Of a stretch of DNA of 39,167 nt, positions 29,987 through 38,368 are shown piece after piece. The number at the start of each line of letters is the position of its first letter. The stretch's first letter is position 1. Below the pieces are notes generated by a model. The model had not been told where the DNA came from. It saw only the letters and a list, made by a program, of their open reading frames with translations, and did not search any database. Position numbers and translations under genes: made by a program. The stretch is from contig JAHQWL010000049.1 in NCBI GenBank assembly GCA_029856155.1, positions 1-39,167 of the forward strand. The letters run 5' to 3'. Source of the DNA: Promethearchaeia archaeon (GTDB taxonomy: Archaea; Asgardarchaeota; Lokiarchaeia; Sigyniarchaeales; SOKP01).

Positions 29987-31858
29987 TCAATATATTTCCT
30001 TAATCGTCCACTCCAATCCAAGCTCTTTTAATCTTTCTTGAGTGGGTTTACCAGTTTCCTTATCCCAACCACGATATTCATAATATGCATCTAAAAGCGG
30101 ATCTAAATTAACTGTTTGTCCTTTTGCGGGACCTTCGGGCATTGGTTCTTCCAAGAAACGAGCCGGAAGTGTATCATCATTTCTACTTAATCCTTCTCGT
30201 ACACTATAGACCCTAGCAAGGTTATATAATCTCTCTCCAGCTTTAGCAAAATCTTTGACAGTAAATTTATAACCTAATAATTTTTCAATTAGAGACGCCC
30301 AATCCTCTGAAGACAAAACCATACCCATAAATTTACAACCACCAATCGAGTCAAATACTCCAAAAGCATCTTCAAACTCTTTTACAACTCTAGTATCTTT
30401 AGGATTTTCATTAAGAATATCATCTACCATAGCATCTTCAACTATCATGAATGGCATTGATAAGAATGCCGGACCTTCAATAAATCCTGTAATATGACAT
30501 CCTCCCCGGTTAGCAGTGGCATATGCTAATCCAGATATCTTAGCTGCTCTACTATCATAAGCGGGAAGTTCTAGACCTTTAACTTGCATTGCGAATTTAA
30601 TAGAATCCTTTCCCAGTTTATTTGCCATATTTCTTGATCCTTCAGCTAATAAATTTCCAATTCCTTCTCTTTTGCTAATCTTAGAAATTAAATCAACCAC
30701 CAAATCGGCATTTCCAAAAGTAAACTCTAATCCATCTGTATCTTCTTTGGTTAAAATTCCTTTCTCATAGCATTCCATAGCAAAAGCTATTGTTCCTCCA
30801 GCTGAAATTACATCAAGACCGTATTCATTACAGAGAAAATGTGCCATAGTAATTGCTTCTAAGTCGTCAACACCACACATTGTTCCAAGAGCTCCTATAG
30901 ATTCATATTCGGGACCTTCTCCTGAACTTTTATATTTTCCTTCCTTGATTTCAACAATACGTCCACAGGCGACGGGACATGCAAAACAAGGTTTACGTCC
31001 TATGAGTATTGTTTCATTAATGGCTGTTCCATTTATCTTATCCATATTTGGAAAAACTCCAGTTTGGAAATTTCGCGTGGGTAATCCACCCTTAACACCA
31101 ACTAAATCAACCATAGTAGCTGTTCCAAACACTTCAAGAGTCATTTTTAATAAACTCTGATTCACCCAATCGTATCTCTGTTTTGCTTCAGCTTTGTATT
31201 CTTCTGGATTTGCAACTTCAATTTTAGCATTACCCTTTGCAGCTATAGCTTTCACTTTTTTAGATCCCATGACTGTACCCATCCCACATCTCCCAGCAGC
31301 TCTACCGTAATTTGGTTTATCACAATCATTCATAACTGCAGCGTACTTGACTAAATTCTCGCCCCCAATACCTATACAAGCCACATTAAACTTATCTCCT
31401 AGTTCTTCTTTAATAATCCTAGTTGTTTCTGAAGTATTTTTACCCCAAAGATGTGCAGCATCTTTAAGTTCTGCTTTTCCATCTTCAATAACAAGATAAA
31501 CTGGTTTTGGAGATATTCCTTCAAAAATAATACCATCAACACCAGATCTCTTAAGATCACGACCCCAAAAACCAGCAGAATTTGCCTCACCCCAAATACC
31601 TGTAAGTGGAGATTTTGCTACTACGCAATATCTTCCAGTACTGGGTGAGGGAGTTCCTGTTAATGGTCCAGTCATAACTATAAGTTTATTTTCGGGTCCT
31701 AATGGATCTATTCCTTTTGGTACTTCTTCTAGTAAATATTTTGTTGCTAATCCTGCTCCCCCTAAATATAATTTCAGGGTTTCTTCATCAGGAAATTCTT
31801 CACTAATTTTTCCACTAGTTAAATCCACTCTTAGAATCTTTCCCATATAACCGTAAAT
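29987..31858 (-). CDS. aor: tungsten aldehyde:ferredoxin oxidoreductase (AOR family)
   Basis: GKILRVDL, KSPLTG, GRCGMGTVMGSK, CFACPVACG, GPEYE, GLDVIS, NRGGCH. Start proposed at ATT 31858 (see findings); the track uses ATG 31846. Confidence 0.92.
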   Translation of the reverse strand: MYGYMGKILRVDLTSGKISEEFPDEETLKLYLGGAGLATKYLLEEVPKGIDPLGPENKLIVMTGPLTGTPSPSTGRYCVVAKSPLTGIWGEANSAGFWGRDLKRSGVDGIIFEGISPKPVYLVIEDGKAELKDAAHLWGKNTSETTRIIKEELGDKFNVACIGIGGENLVKYAAVMNDCDKPNYGRAAGRCGMGTVMGSKKVKAIAAKGNAKIEVANPEEYKAEAKQRYDWVNQSLLKMTLEVFGTATMVDLVGVKGGLPTRNFQTGVFPNMDKINGTAINETILIGRKPCFACPVACGRIVEIKEGKYKSSGEGPEYESIGALGTMCGVDDLEAITMAHFLCNEYGLDVISAGGTIAFAMECYEKGILTKEDTDGLEFTFGNADLVVDLISKISKREGIGNLLAEGSRNMANKLGKDSIKFAMQVKGLELPAYDSRAAKISGLAYATANRGGCHITGFIEGPAFLSMPFMIVEDAMVDDILNENPKDTRVVKEFEDAFGVFDSIGGCKFMGMVLSSEDWASLIEKLLGYKFTVKDFAKAGERLYNLARVYSVREGLSRNDDTLPARFLEEPMPEGPAKGQTVNLDPLLDAYYEYRGWDKETGKPTQERLKELGLEWTIKEIY

Positions 31859-31866
31859 TTTCTTTA

Positions 31867-31872
31867 CACCTC
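31867..31872 (-). promoter_or_regulatory. Shine-Dalgarno GAGGTG for aor
   Basis: GAGGTG lies 8 nt upstream of the in-frame ATT. Confidence 0.6.
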
Positions 31873-32080
31873 AATTTCAATTTTAACTTAATTTTCTATT
31901 TTTTTTAATTTAATTAAAAAATGCAATTAATTAATGTTATTCCCTTAATTATAAAATCATTTCTATTTTTCTTATGAACTATTTATTCCAGTTTGCTTTT
32001 AGAGATTAAACATCAGTTTATAAAAATGATTAAAAAGATTTGAAAAGAGGGAGAATATCTTCAAAAAAAATAAGTAAAAA

Positions 32081-33220
32081 TTATACTCCAATTCCAATTG
32101 TGTTACCAATACCTGCTATAATAATTTTACTGCCTTTATCTGTTCGTTTTCGGATAGCTGTTTTTATTTTTTCTACAAAATTTGCTACAGATTGAGTGAT
32201 TGGTCTTTTCATTGTTGTAATGGCATCTTCTAATGATTCTTTGCAAATGAGCGCATCAATCGGAATCGATCTTCCAGTTGAAGCTTCTTCAATAAAGTGT
32301 TTTTCAATTCCTATACCTCCTATAGCTGCGCCAACACCTATTGCTATTGAACCGGTTTTATCTCCGGTAAGCTTCAACCCAGCATCAATCATGATTATCC
32401 TTGAAATATTATCTCCATGCTGATCAATTAATTTCTTAATAGCTTTTCCTGGTTTTCCCACAGTTCCCCCCGGACCTTTAGCACGTACTACAAAAATAGT
32501 TCTATCCTCAAAATTTACTTCTTGGACAACAGTATCTCGTGTGATTTCATCAGCTTTAATATCACTATCTGTCACGGCTCTAATAAAACTGGCAGCGACT
32601 AATACACCGAGTCCGTCGCCAATTGGACTTCCTTCCGCAAAAGCTTTAGCAGCATGATAATAAGCTTTTGCCATACTCATAATTAATCCCAATTGGTATG
32701 ATATCTGAAGTAATAAAATCATTGATTTTGATTTTTTGCCTAATATAAGATAGTGTCGAATTAGTCTATAGATATAATCTATAGCCATGGTTGCTTCTAC
32801 TAAATTTTCCAAATTAGCTCTTTGAACAGTATCTGCATTTGGAGCTAATACTTCTACTTCCTCTTTATACCTATTGTCTCGAACATCCACTACGTGATCG
32901 AATTTAGGAATAATTCCATATGGATCAAGAGATACAGGACCAATAGTGACAAATGTCATAAAATCTTCAAGTTGGAGCATTAAATCTTTCTGTGTTATCT
33001 TTTTATCAGCAAATTCTTTAAAATTTGTAATCAAAATTTCTTTACATTCATCATTCCACTTTTTCAATTTTTCTAACGCAGTTTGAAGTTCTTTAGCTGC
33101 TTTCCATGCTTGTATTTTTTGTCCATAAAACATTGAAACAAATATAAGTACCAACCATAATAATGATATAATCAGAGAAACTGGATCTGTGCCCTGTGTT
33201 GTTTGATATATATTATTCAA
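32081..33220 (-). CDS. DUF1512 family archaeal membrane-anchored protein
   Basis: N-terminal TM; PVSLDPYGI, PIGDGLG, GPGGTVGKPG, IMIDAGLKL, GVGAAIGG, IIAGIGNTIG. Confidence 0.8.
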   Translation of the reverse strand: MNNIYQTTQGTDPVSLIISLLWLVLIFVSMFYGQKIQAWKAAKELQTALEKLKKWNDECKEILITNFKEFADKKITQKDLMLQLEDFMTFVTIGPVSLDPYGIIPKFDHVVDVRDNRYKEEVEVLAPNADTVQRANLENLVEATMAIDYIYRLIRHYLILGKKSKSMILLLQISYQLGLIMSMAKAYYHAAKAFAEGSPIGDGLGVLVAASFIRAVTDSDIKADEITRDTVVQEVNFEDRTIFVVRAKGPGGTVGKPGKAIKKLIDQHGDNISRIIMIDAGLKLTGDKTGSIAIGVGAAIGGIGIEKHFIEEASTGRSIPIDALICKESLEDAITTMKRPITQSVANFVEKIKTAIRKRTDKGSKIIIAGIGNTIGIGV

Positions 33221-33338
33221 CTCTTTTTTAAATTAGATAATGTTTGATATCTTTATTCTATTAAATTCTTATAATAAAAAAATTTATTTATTCTTTTCTA
33301 TTATAAAGCATAGGAAAGAAGATATTTGGACAATTGCT

Positions 33339-33773
33339 ATGATTGAAGAAGAAGACGACGAGGATATACTCAAAAAAGGAATTACTTTAAAAAGCGTTTT
33401 AAAAAACATTTTATTAGCCATATTAATCATTGTAGGATTAATGTTTATCTATTTAAATATTGGGGGAGATCAAGTCTCAAGTTGGTCAATTGGTTTTATC
33501 TTAATCTGTTTTGGGGCTACATTAATCCAAATCCAAAAAAGTCCCGCTGAACCTATTAGACAAACTTTAACAATTTTAATCTGTAAATTATGTGGAATTA
33601 CAAAAGTTAGAAATTATGAGAAAGGAGATTTTGTGTTTAAAAGGATAGATAAATGTGAAAAGTGCGAGGACCTTATGGAGATAAGACAAATATATTCAGT
33701 AAGATTAAAGAGTCCTACTGAAAAGAAGAAAGAAGACACAAGTAAGAAAGAAAATTTAAAAGGAAAAGAATAA
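33339..33773 (+). CDS. two-TM protein with C-terminal Zn-ribbon
   Basis: Two hydrophobic helices, then CKLC...RNYEKGDFVFK...CEKC. ATG 33339 preferred because 33240 leaves no room for divergent promoters. Confidence 0.7.
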   Translation: MIEEEDDEDILKKGITLKSVLKNILLAILIIVGLMFIYLNIGGDQVSSWSIGFILICFGATLIQIQKSPAEPIRQTLTILICKLCGITKVRNYEKGDFVFKRIDKCEKCEDLMEIRQIYSVRLKSPTEKKKEDTSKKENLKGKE

Positions 33774-33794
33774 ATTAAATTATTTTTTTTCTGA

Positions 33795-34256
33795 TTGGGG
33801 GTTTTTCAGATTCTAAAAAAAATTGGATTAGGGGGAACTTTCGATCATCTTCACGAGGGTCATAAATTTTTATTAAAAACAGCTTTATCCCTTTCTGAAT
33901 TTATAGAGATTGGATTAACATCTCAAGATTTATTAAAAAGTAAACAATATTCTTTAAAATTAGAAGATTACAAAACAAGAAAAGAGAATTTAATGACGTA
34001 TATTAATTCTTTTGCTGATTTAGAGCGAATTAATATTGTTGAAATAAAAAATTGGGCTGATATGGATAAATATGCTCAAGATCCAGAATACGAAGGATTA
34101 ATAGTCAGTCAAGAAACTTATGAAAATGCTTTAAAATTAAATGAGAATAGAGAGAAAAAAGGATTAAAACCCCTTATTCTAATCATTATTCCTTTACTAA
34201 AAGATAAAAACCAAAATAAAATTAGTTCTACATCTATTCGTGAAAAACTTCAATAG
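33795..34256 (+). CDS. coaD: archaeal-type phosphopantetheine adenylyltransferase
   Basis: GGTFDHLHEGH, IGLTS, IVSQET, ISSTSIR. True start may be ATT 33810. Confidence 0.9.
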   Translation: MGVFQILKKIGLGGTFDHLHEGHKFLLKTALSLSEFIEIGLTSQDLLKSKQYSLKLEDYKTRKENLMTYINSFADLERINIVEIKNWADMDKYAQDPEYEGLIVSQETYENALKLNENREKKGLKPLILIIIPLLKDKNQNKISSTSIREKLQ

Positions 34257-34348
34257 TAAAATTTTTTAGAATGTAATTATGTAATAAATTATTGTTTAAG
34301 TGAATTCTTGAGTGAAAAATTACGATTTTAAATAAATTTGGTATTCAA

Positions 34349-34411
34349 TTGAACTTAATTATTTTTCAAGATTCATTTCTATTTAATTTCTTTAATCCGC
34401 CAAGGGAATAA
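34349..34411 (+). CDS. candidate Phe-rich leader peptide MNLIIFQDSFLFNFFNPPRE
   Basis: TTG...TAA, 20 codons with 5 Phe (positions 6, 10, 12, 14, 15); upstream of pheST and overlapping a hairpin. Confidence 0.4.
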   Translation: MNLIIFQDSFLFNFFNPPRE

Positions 34412-34452
34412 GATTATTTAGCTGTAATTAAGCCCTTGGCTGCGGATTTTTT
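34394..34452 (+). terminator. GC-rich stem-loop with T-tract (terminator/attenuator-like)
   Basis: GCCAAGGG (34399-34406) pairs perfectly with CCCTTGGC (34433-34440); AATCC/GGATT extends the stem across a 3-nt bulge; ends in TTTTTT (34447-34452). Confidence 0.6.
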
Positions 34453-34616
34453 AGATTTTATTTTAATTGAGATCCAGAATTTTAATATTAAAGATAAAAG
34501 AAATTCTTTCTAATTCGAGATTAAGCGATTTAGAATGACTAAATCCACGAAAGATTTAAATACATTAGAGATTTTAAAAGATATAATAAAAAAGTAAAAA
34601 ATTTTAGCAAAAGCAT

Positions 34617-36152
34617 ATGACAATTAGACTTAAAAACCAAGTAATTGACATTTTAAAGGTATTAAAAAAAAAGAGTTCTGAAGTAATTGCAACAGATCTG
34701 GCAAAAGAATTGAAAATTGATTATATTGTACTTATGTCTGCAATTAATGATTTAATTGAGCATGATTTAGGAAGTTTCAGAGAAGAAGAGGTAAATCAGA
34801 TTTCATTAAATGAAGAAGGAATTAATTATTTAAAAAATGGACTTCCAGAACGTCAATTATTAAATATATTATTAGAAGACAATATTAAAGAATTAAATTT
34901 AGATGAATTCTTAAGAAAATCTCATTTAGATAGAAATATTTTTTATGTAGGTATTTCAAATTTAAAAAAGAAACGATGGATTGCGCAAAGTAAAGCTTCA
35001 GGAGAAAATAAAATATTTATTACTGCTGAAAATTTTCCTGAAACAGATTTTGAAAAATTTCTAAAAAAATTTAAAGAAAATTCTGTTATTGATCATTCTA
35101 CATTGTCTAAAAGTGAATTAAAACAATTGGATGTACTTAATAAAAGAAAGCTGGTTAAGAAAAATCATAGGACTGAAAGAATCATAAGTTTAACTGAAAA
35201 GGGTAAAAAAATTGACATCTCAAAAATTAAGGAATTAGAGCAAATTAGCAAAATTACTCCTGAGATGTTGATCTCCGGAACTTGGAAAAATTATGATTTA
35301 AAACCTTTTGATGTTACTAAACCAGGTCCATTATTAAAAGCAGGAAAATTGCATCCAATGATCAGATTAATTAATGAGATAAGAGAAATATTTATTTCAA
35401 TGGGATTTACTGAGATTAGAGGCCCGATAATCGAAAGTGCTTTTTATAATTTTGATGCTTTATTTCAACCCCAAGATCATCCGGCTCGAGAAATGCAAGA
35501 TACTTTCTATTTGAATAATCCTAAAGTTGCTAAATTGCCAGAAAGTGATAGGGTTCAAGCAGTTAAGGCAACACATGAGAATGGTGGGGATTCGGGGTCA
35601 CTTGGTTGGGGTTCTGAATGGGATGTTGAAATAGCAAAAAAAACAGTATTGAGAACTCATACTACAGCAACTACAATAAGAAGATTAGCAGAATTTTATA
35701 GAAATAAGGAAAAAGCACCAGTCAAAGTGTTCTGCATTGATAGAGTATTCAGAAATGAAAAAGTAGATAAATCACATTTAGCGGAGTTTACTCAAGTTGA
35801 AGGTATAGTTATTGATGATAATTTAACACTATGTGATTTAATTGGATTACTTAAAGAATTTTACAGAAAATTAGGATTTAAAAAGATTATAACAAGACCT
35901 GGATTTTTTCCGTATACTGAACCCAGTATGGAAGTTTCTGTATACTTTGATAAATTAGGTGAATGGCTAGAGTTTGGTGGCTCAGGAATCTTTAGACCTG
36001 AAGTTACATATCCTTGGGGGATTAAAGATCCAACTCGTGTTTTAGCATGGGGTCAAGGACTTGAGAGAATAGCTATGTTGTATTTTGATAGGAAGGATAT
36101 TAGAGATTTATATATTAACCCAATAAAATGGTTGAGGAATCAGTCATATTAA
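34617..36152 (+). CDS. pheS: phenylalanyl-tRNA synthetase alpha subunit (archaeal/eukaryotic long form)
   Basis: GLPERQL, GKLHP, NFDALFQPQDHPAREMQDTF, LRTHTT, RVFRNE, HLAEFTQVEG, FPYTEPS, GIFRPE, GLERIAM. Confidence 0.97.
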   Translation: MTIRLKNQVIDILKVLKKKSSEVIATDLAKELKIDYIVLMSAINDLIEHDLGSFREEEVNQISLNEEGINYLKNGLPERQLLNILLEDNIKELNLDEFLRKSHLDRNIFYVGISNLKKKRWIAQSKASGENKIFITAENFPETDFEKFLKKFKENSVIDHSTLSKSELKQLDVLNKRKLVKKNHRTERIISLTEKGKKIDISKIKELEQISKITPEMLISGTWKNYDLKPFDVTKPGPLLKAGKLHPMIRLINEIREIFISMGFTEIRGPIIESAFYNFDALFQPQDHPAREMQDTFYLNNPKVAKLPESDRVQAVKATHENGGDSGSLGWGSEWDVEIAKKTVLRTHTTATTIRRLAEFYRNKEKAPVKVFCIDRVFRNEKVDKSHLAEFTQVEGIVIDDNLTLCDLIGLLKEFYRKLGFKKIITRPGFFPYTEPSMEVSVYFDKLGEWLEFGGSGIFRPEVTYPWGIKDPTRVLAWGQGLERIAMLYFDRKDIRDLYINPIKWLRNQSY

Positions 36153-36170
36153 TAGGGAGGTTTTGAAAAA

Positions 36171-37847
36171 TTGCCAACATTAGAACTTAAACTTGATCGA
36201 TTAGAAAAACTAGTAGGAAAAAGATTAGATATTAAGGATTTAGAATATGATTTGCAATGGATTGGTTTAGATTTAGAAGATATAAATGAGGAAGAGCAAA
36301 AGATTAAAGTTGAATATAATCCAAATAGACCTGACTTTTCTAGTCCTGAAGGAATTGCCAGAGCTCTTCAGGGATTTTATGAAATTGAGTTAGGAATACC
36401 TTCTTTCGAAATTTCTCCTGGAGAAATAGTACTAAATGTAGATCCAATCGTTAATAAAGTTAGACCATATATAGTCTGTGGAGTAATTAGAGATATTGAT
36501 TTAGATGAAGATGAGGTTGCAACTTTGATGAATATCCAAGAACATTTACACTGGGCAGTTGGACGAGATAGAAAAAAAGTGGCAATAGGTGTTCATGATC
36601 TTGATAAAATTACACCTCCTTATCGATATACCGCAGTTAAACCAGATTCTGTAAGTTTCATTCCATTGCATGGTGATGGATATCCTATGAATTTAGAAGA
36701 AATTTTATTATTACATGAAAAAGGAATTGAATATGCTCATATTTTAGAAGGTAAAGAAGTTTACCCTATAATTTTTGATAATAATAATGAGGTTTTATCC
36801 TTTCCTCCAGTTATAAATGGAATATTGACAACAGTTACAGATGATACCAAAAATCTATTTTTAGATTTAACTGGAACAGATTTTAAAGCTGTTAATTTAG
36901 CTTTAAATATTCTATCAACAACTTTAGCAGATATGGGCGCTAAAATTGAAAGTGTTAAGGTAAATTATGAGAAAGGGAAGGAGATTATCACCCCCAATCT
37001 GAATCCTGAGAAGTGGGAGGTGGGGATTGATTACATTAACGATTATATAGGAATTAGTTTATCTCCAAAAGATATGATAAAATGTTTTAATAAAGTTAGA
37101 TTAGATGCTAAACAATCAAATAAGAAAAGATATTTAGATGTATGGGTACCAGCATTTAGAGGAGATATTATGCACGTTGTTGATTTTACCGAAGAATGCG
37201 CAATTGGATATGGATATGATAAACTACCTACAACCATTAGAGAAGGATGTATCGGAAAATATCATCCGATTCAATCTTTTTCGAATAAAATTCGGACTAT
37301 AATGATTGGAGCGGGATATTTAGAAGTCTTGAACTTTATTTTATCCAACTCTGAAAAGCTTTATAATTATATGAAACAAGAGTATGAAGAAACAAGTCAT
37401 GTACAGATTTCAAATCCTGTATCAAAAGAATATAATACAACAAGAACAGCTATATTACCTAAATTGCTGGAGACTCTGTCAAACAATAGATCTGAAGAAA
37501 AACCTATAAGAATTTTCGAAGTTGGGGATATTGTTTTGCTAGATAGTAGTAAAGAAACGGGGACAAGAAGAGAAATTCATGTCGCAGCAACAACATATCA
37601 TGAACATTCAGATTTCACAGAGATTAGATCTACTTTAGATTTTATTATAACTTCATTAGGGTGTTATGATGATTATGAAATTAAACCTGACAAAAATCCT
37701 ACTTATCTTGAAGGTAGATATGGGAGTGTTTATTTGAAAGGAAACAAAATTGGAGAGATCGGTGAAATACACCCAGAAGTTTTGTTAAATTTCAAATTAA
37801 AATTTCCTGTTGCAGCTTTAGAACTAAATTTAGAGTACTTATTTTAA
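36171..37847 (+). CDS. pheT: phenylalanyl-tRNA synthetase beta subunit (archaeal type)
   Basis: MPT start, NPNRPD, RKKVAIGVHD, SFPPVIN, RGDIMHVVDFTEE, SNP, IFEVGD, GEIHPEVL; TTG start with AGGGAGGT SD at 36154-36161. Confidence 0.96.
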   Translation: MPTLELKLDRLEKLVGKRLDIKDLEYDLQWIGLDLEDINEEEQKIKVEYNPNRPDFSSPEGIARALQGFYEIELGIPSFEISPGEIVLNVDPIVNKVRPYIVCGVIRDIDLDEDEVATLMNIQEHLHWAVGRDRKKVAIGVHDLDKITPPYRYTAVKPDSVSFIPLHGDGYPMNLEEILLLHEKGIEYAHILEGKEVYPIIFDNNNEVLSFPPVINGILTTVTDDTKNLFLDLTGTDFKAVNLALNILSTTLADMGAKIESVKVNYEKGKEIITPNLNPEKWEVGIDYINDYIGISLSPKDMIKCFNKVRLDAKQSNKKRYLDVWVPAFRGDIMHVVDFTEECAIGYGYDKLPTTIREGCIGKYHPIQSFSNKIRTIMIGAGYLEVLNFILSNSEKLYNYMKQEYEETSHVQISNPVSKEYNTTRTAILPKLLETLSNNRSEEKPIRIFEVGDIVLLDSSKETGTRREIHVAATTYHEHSDFTEIRSTLDFIITSLGCYDDYEIKPDKNPTYLEGRYGSVYLKGNKIGEIGEIHPEVLLNFKLKFPVAALELNLEYLF

Positions 37848-37895
37848 AAATATATATTTTTTTTTATTTCTAATTAATTGTGGTGGTGTTATTAT

Positions 37896-38174
37896 ATGAA
37901 AGAACGTAATGCCGTTAAAAAGGAAATAGAGTTATATAGGAAAGAAATTGATGAAATTGATAATCAAATGATTAACCTCTTAAATACAAGAGTAGAATTT
38001 GCCAAGAAAATCGGAAATCTTAAAAAATTAGTTGATATGGATGTATCTCAACCAAAAAGGGAAAAAGAAATCATTAAACGAATGAAAGATAAATCTATTT
38101 TACTAAATGAGGATACTATTGAAGCTATATGGAAAGAAATTATAAATGCTTGTAAATTTATCCAAAAAATATAA
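37896..38174 (+). CDS. monofunctional chorismate mutase, AroQ/type II
   Basis: YRKEIDEIDNQMINLLNTR, IGNLKK, PKREKEII. ATG 37896 follows a GGTGGTG SD-like motif. Confidence 0.85.
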   Translation: MKERNAVKKEIELYRKEIDEIDNQMINLLNTRVEFAKKIGNLKKLVDMDVSQPKREKEIIKRMKDKSILLNEDTIEAIWKEIINACKFIQKI

Positions 38175-38368
38175 GTTTAAGACAAATAAATCTTCTAAGA
38201 ATGAAGAATTGGATGACTAAAAAATCACAGACAATCTTATGATAATATATTACGCTAAAGTACAATATTGAGATCCTAATTTTAGAAACTTTTTTACTTT
38301 ACAAAAAATATACTAATATACTCTTTAATTTCTAATAATATTGAAATAATAATTACTCGAGTTAAGAA

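Noticed and set aside
34394-34448. Hairpin as a SECIS element
   Set aside because: No AUGA/GA core, and the upstream coaD ends in TAG with no in-frame TGA.
34467-38280. Shared 9-mers TTGAGATCC and ATGACTAAA upstream of pheS and rph
   Set aside because: Short, in opposite order, and plausible by chance in AT-rich DNA.
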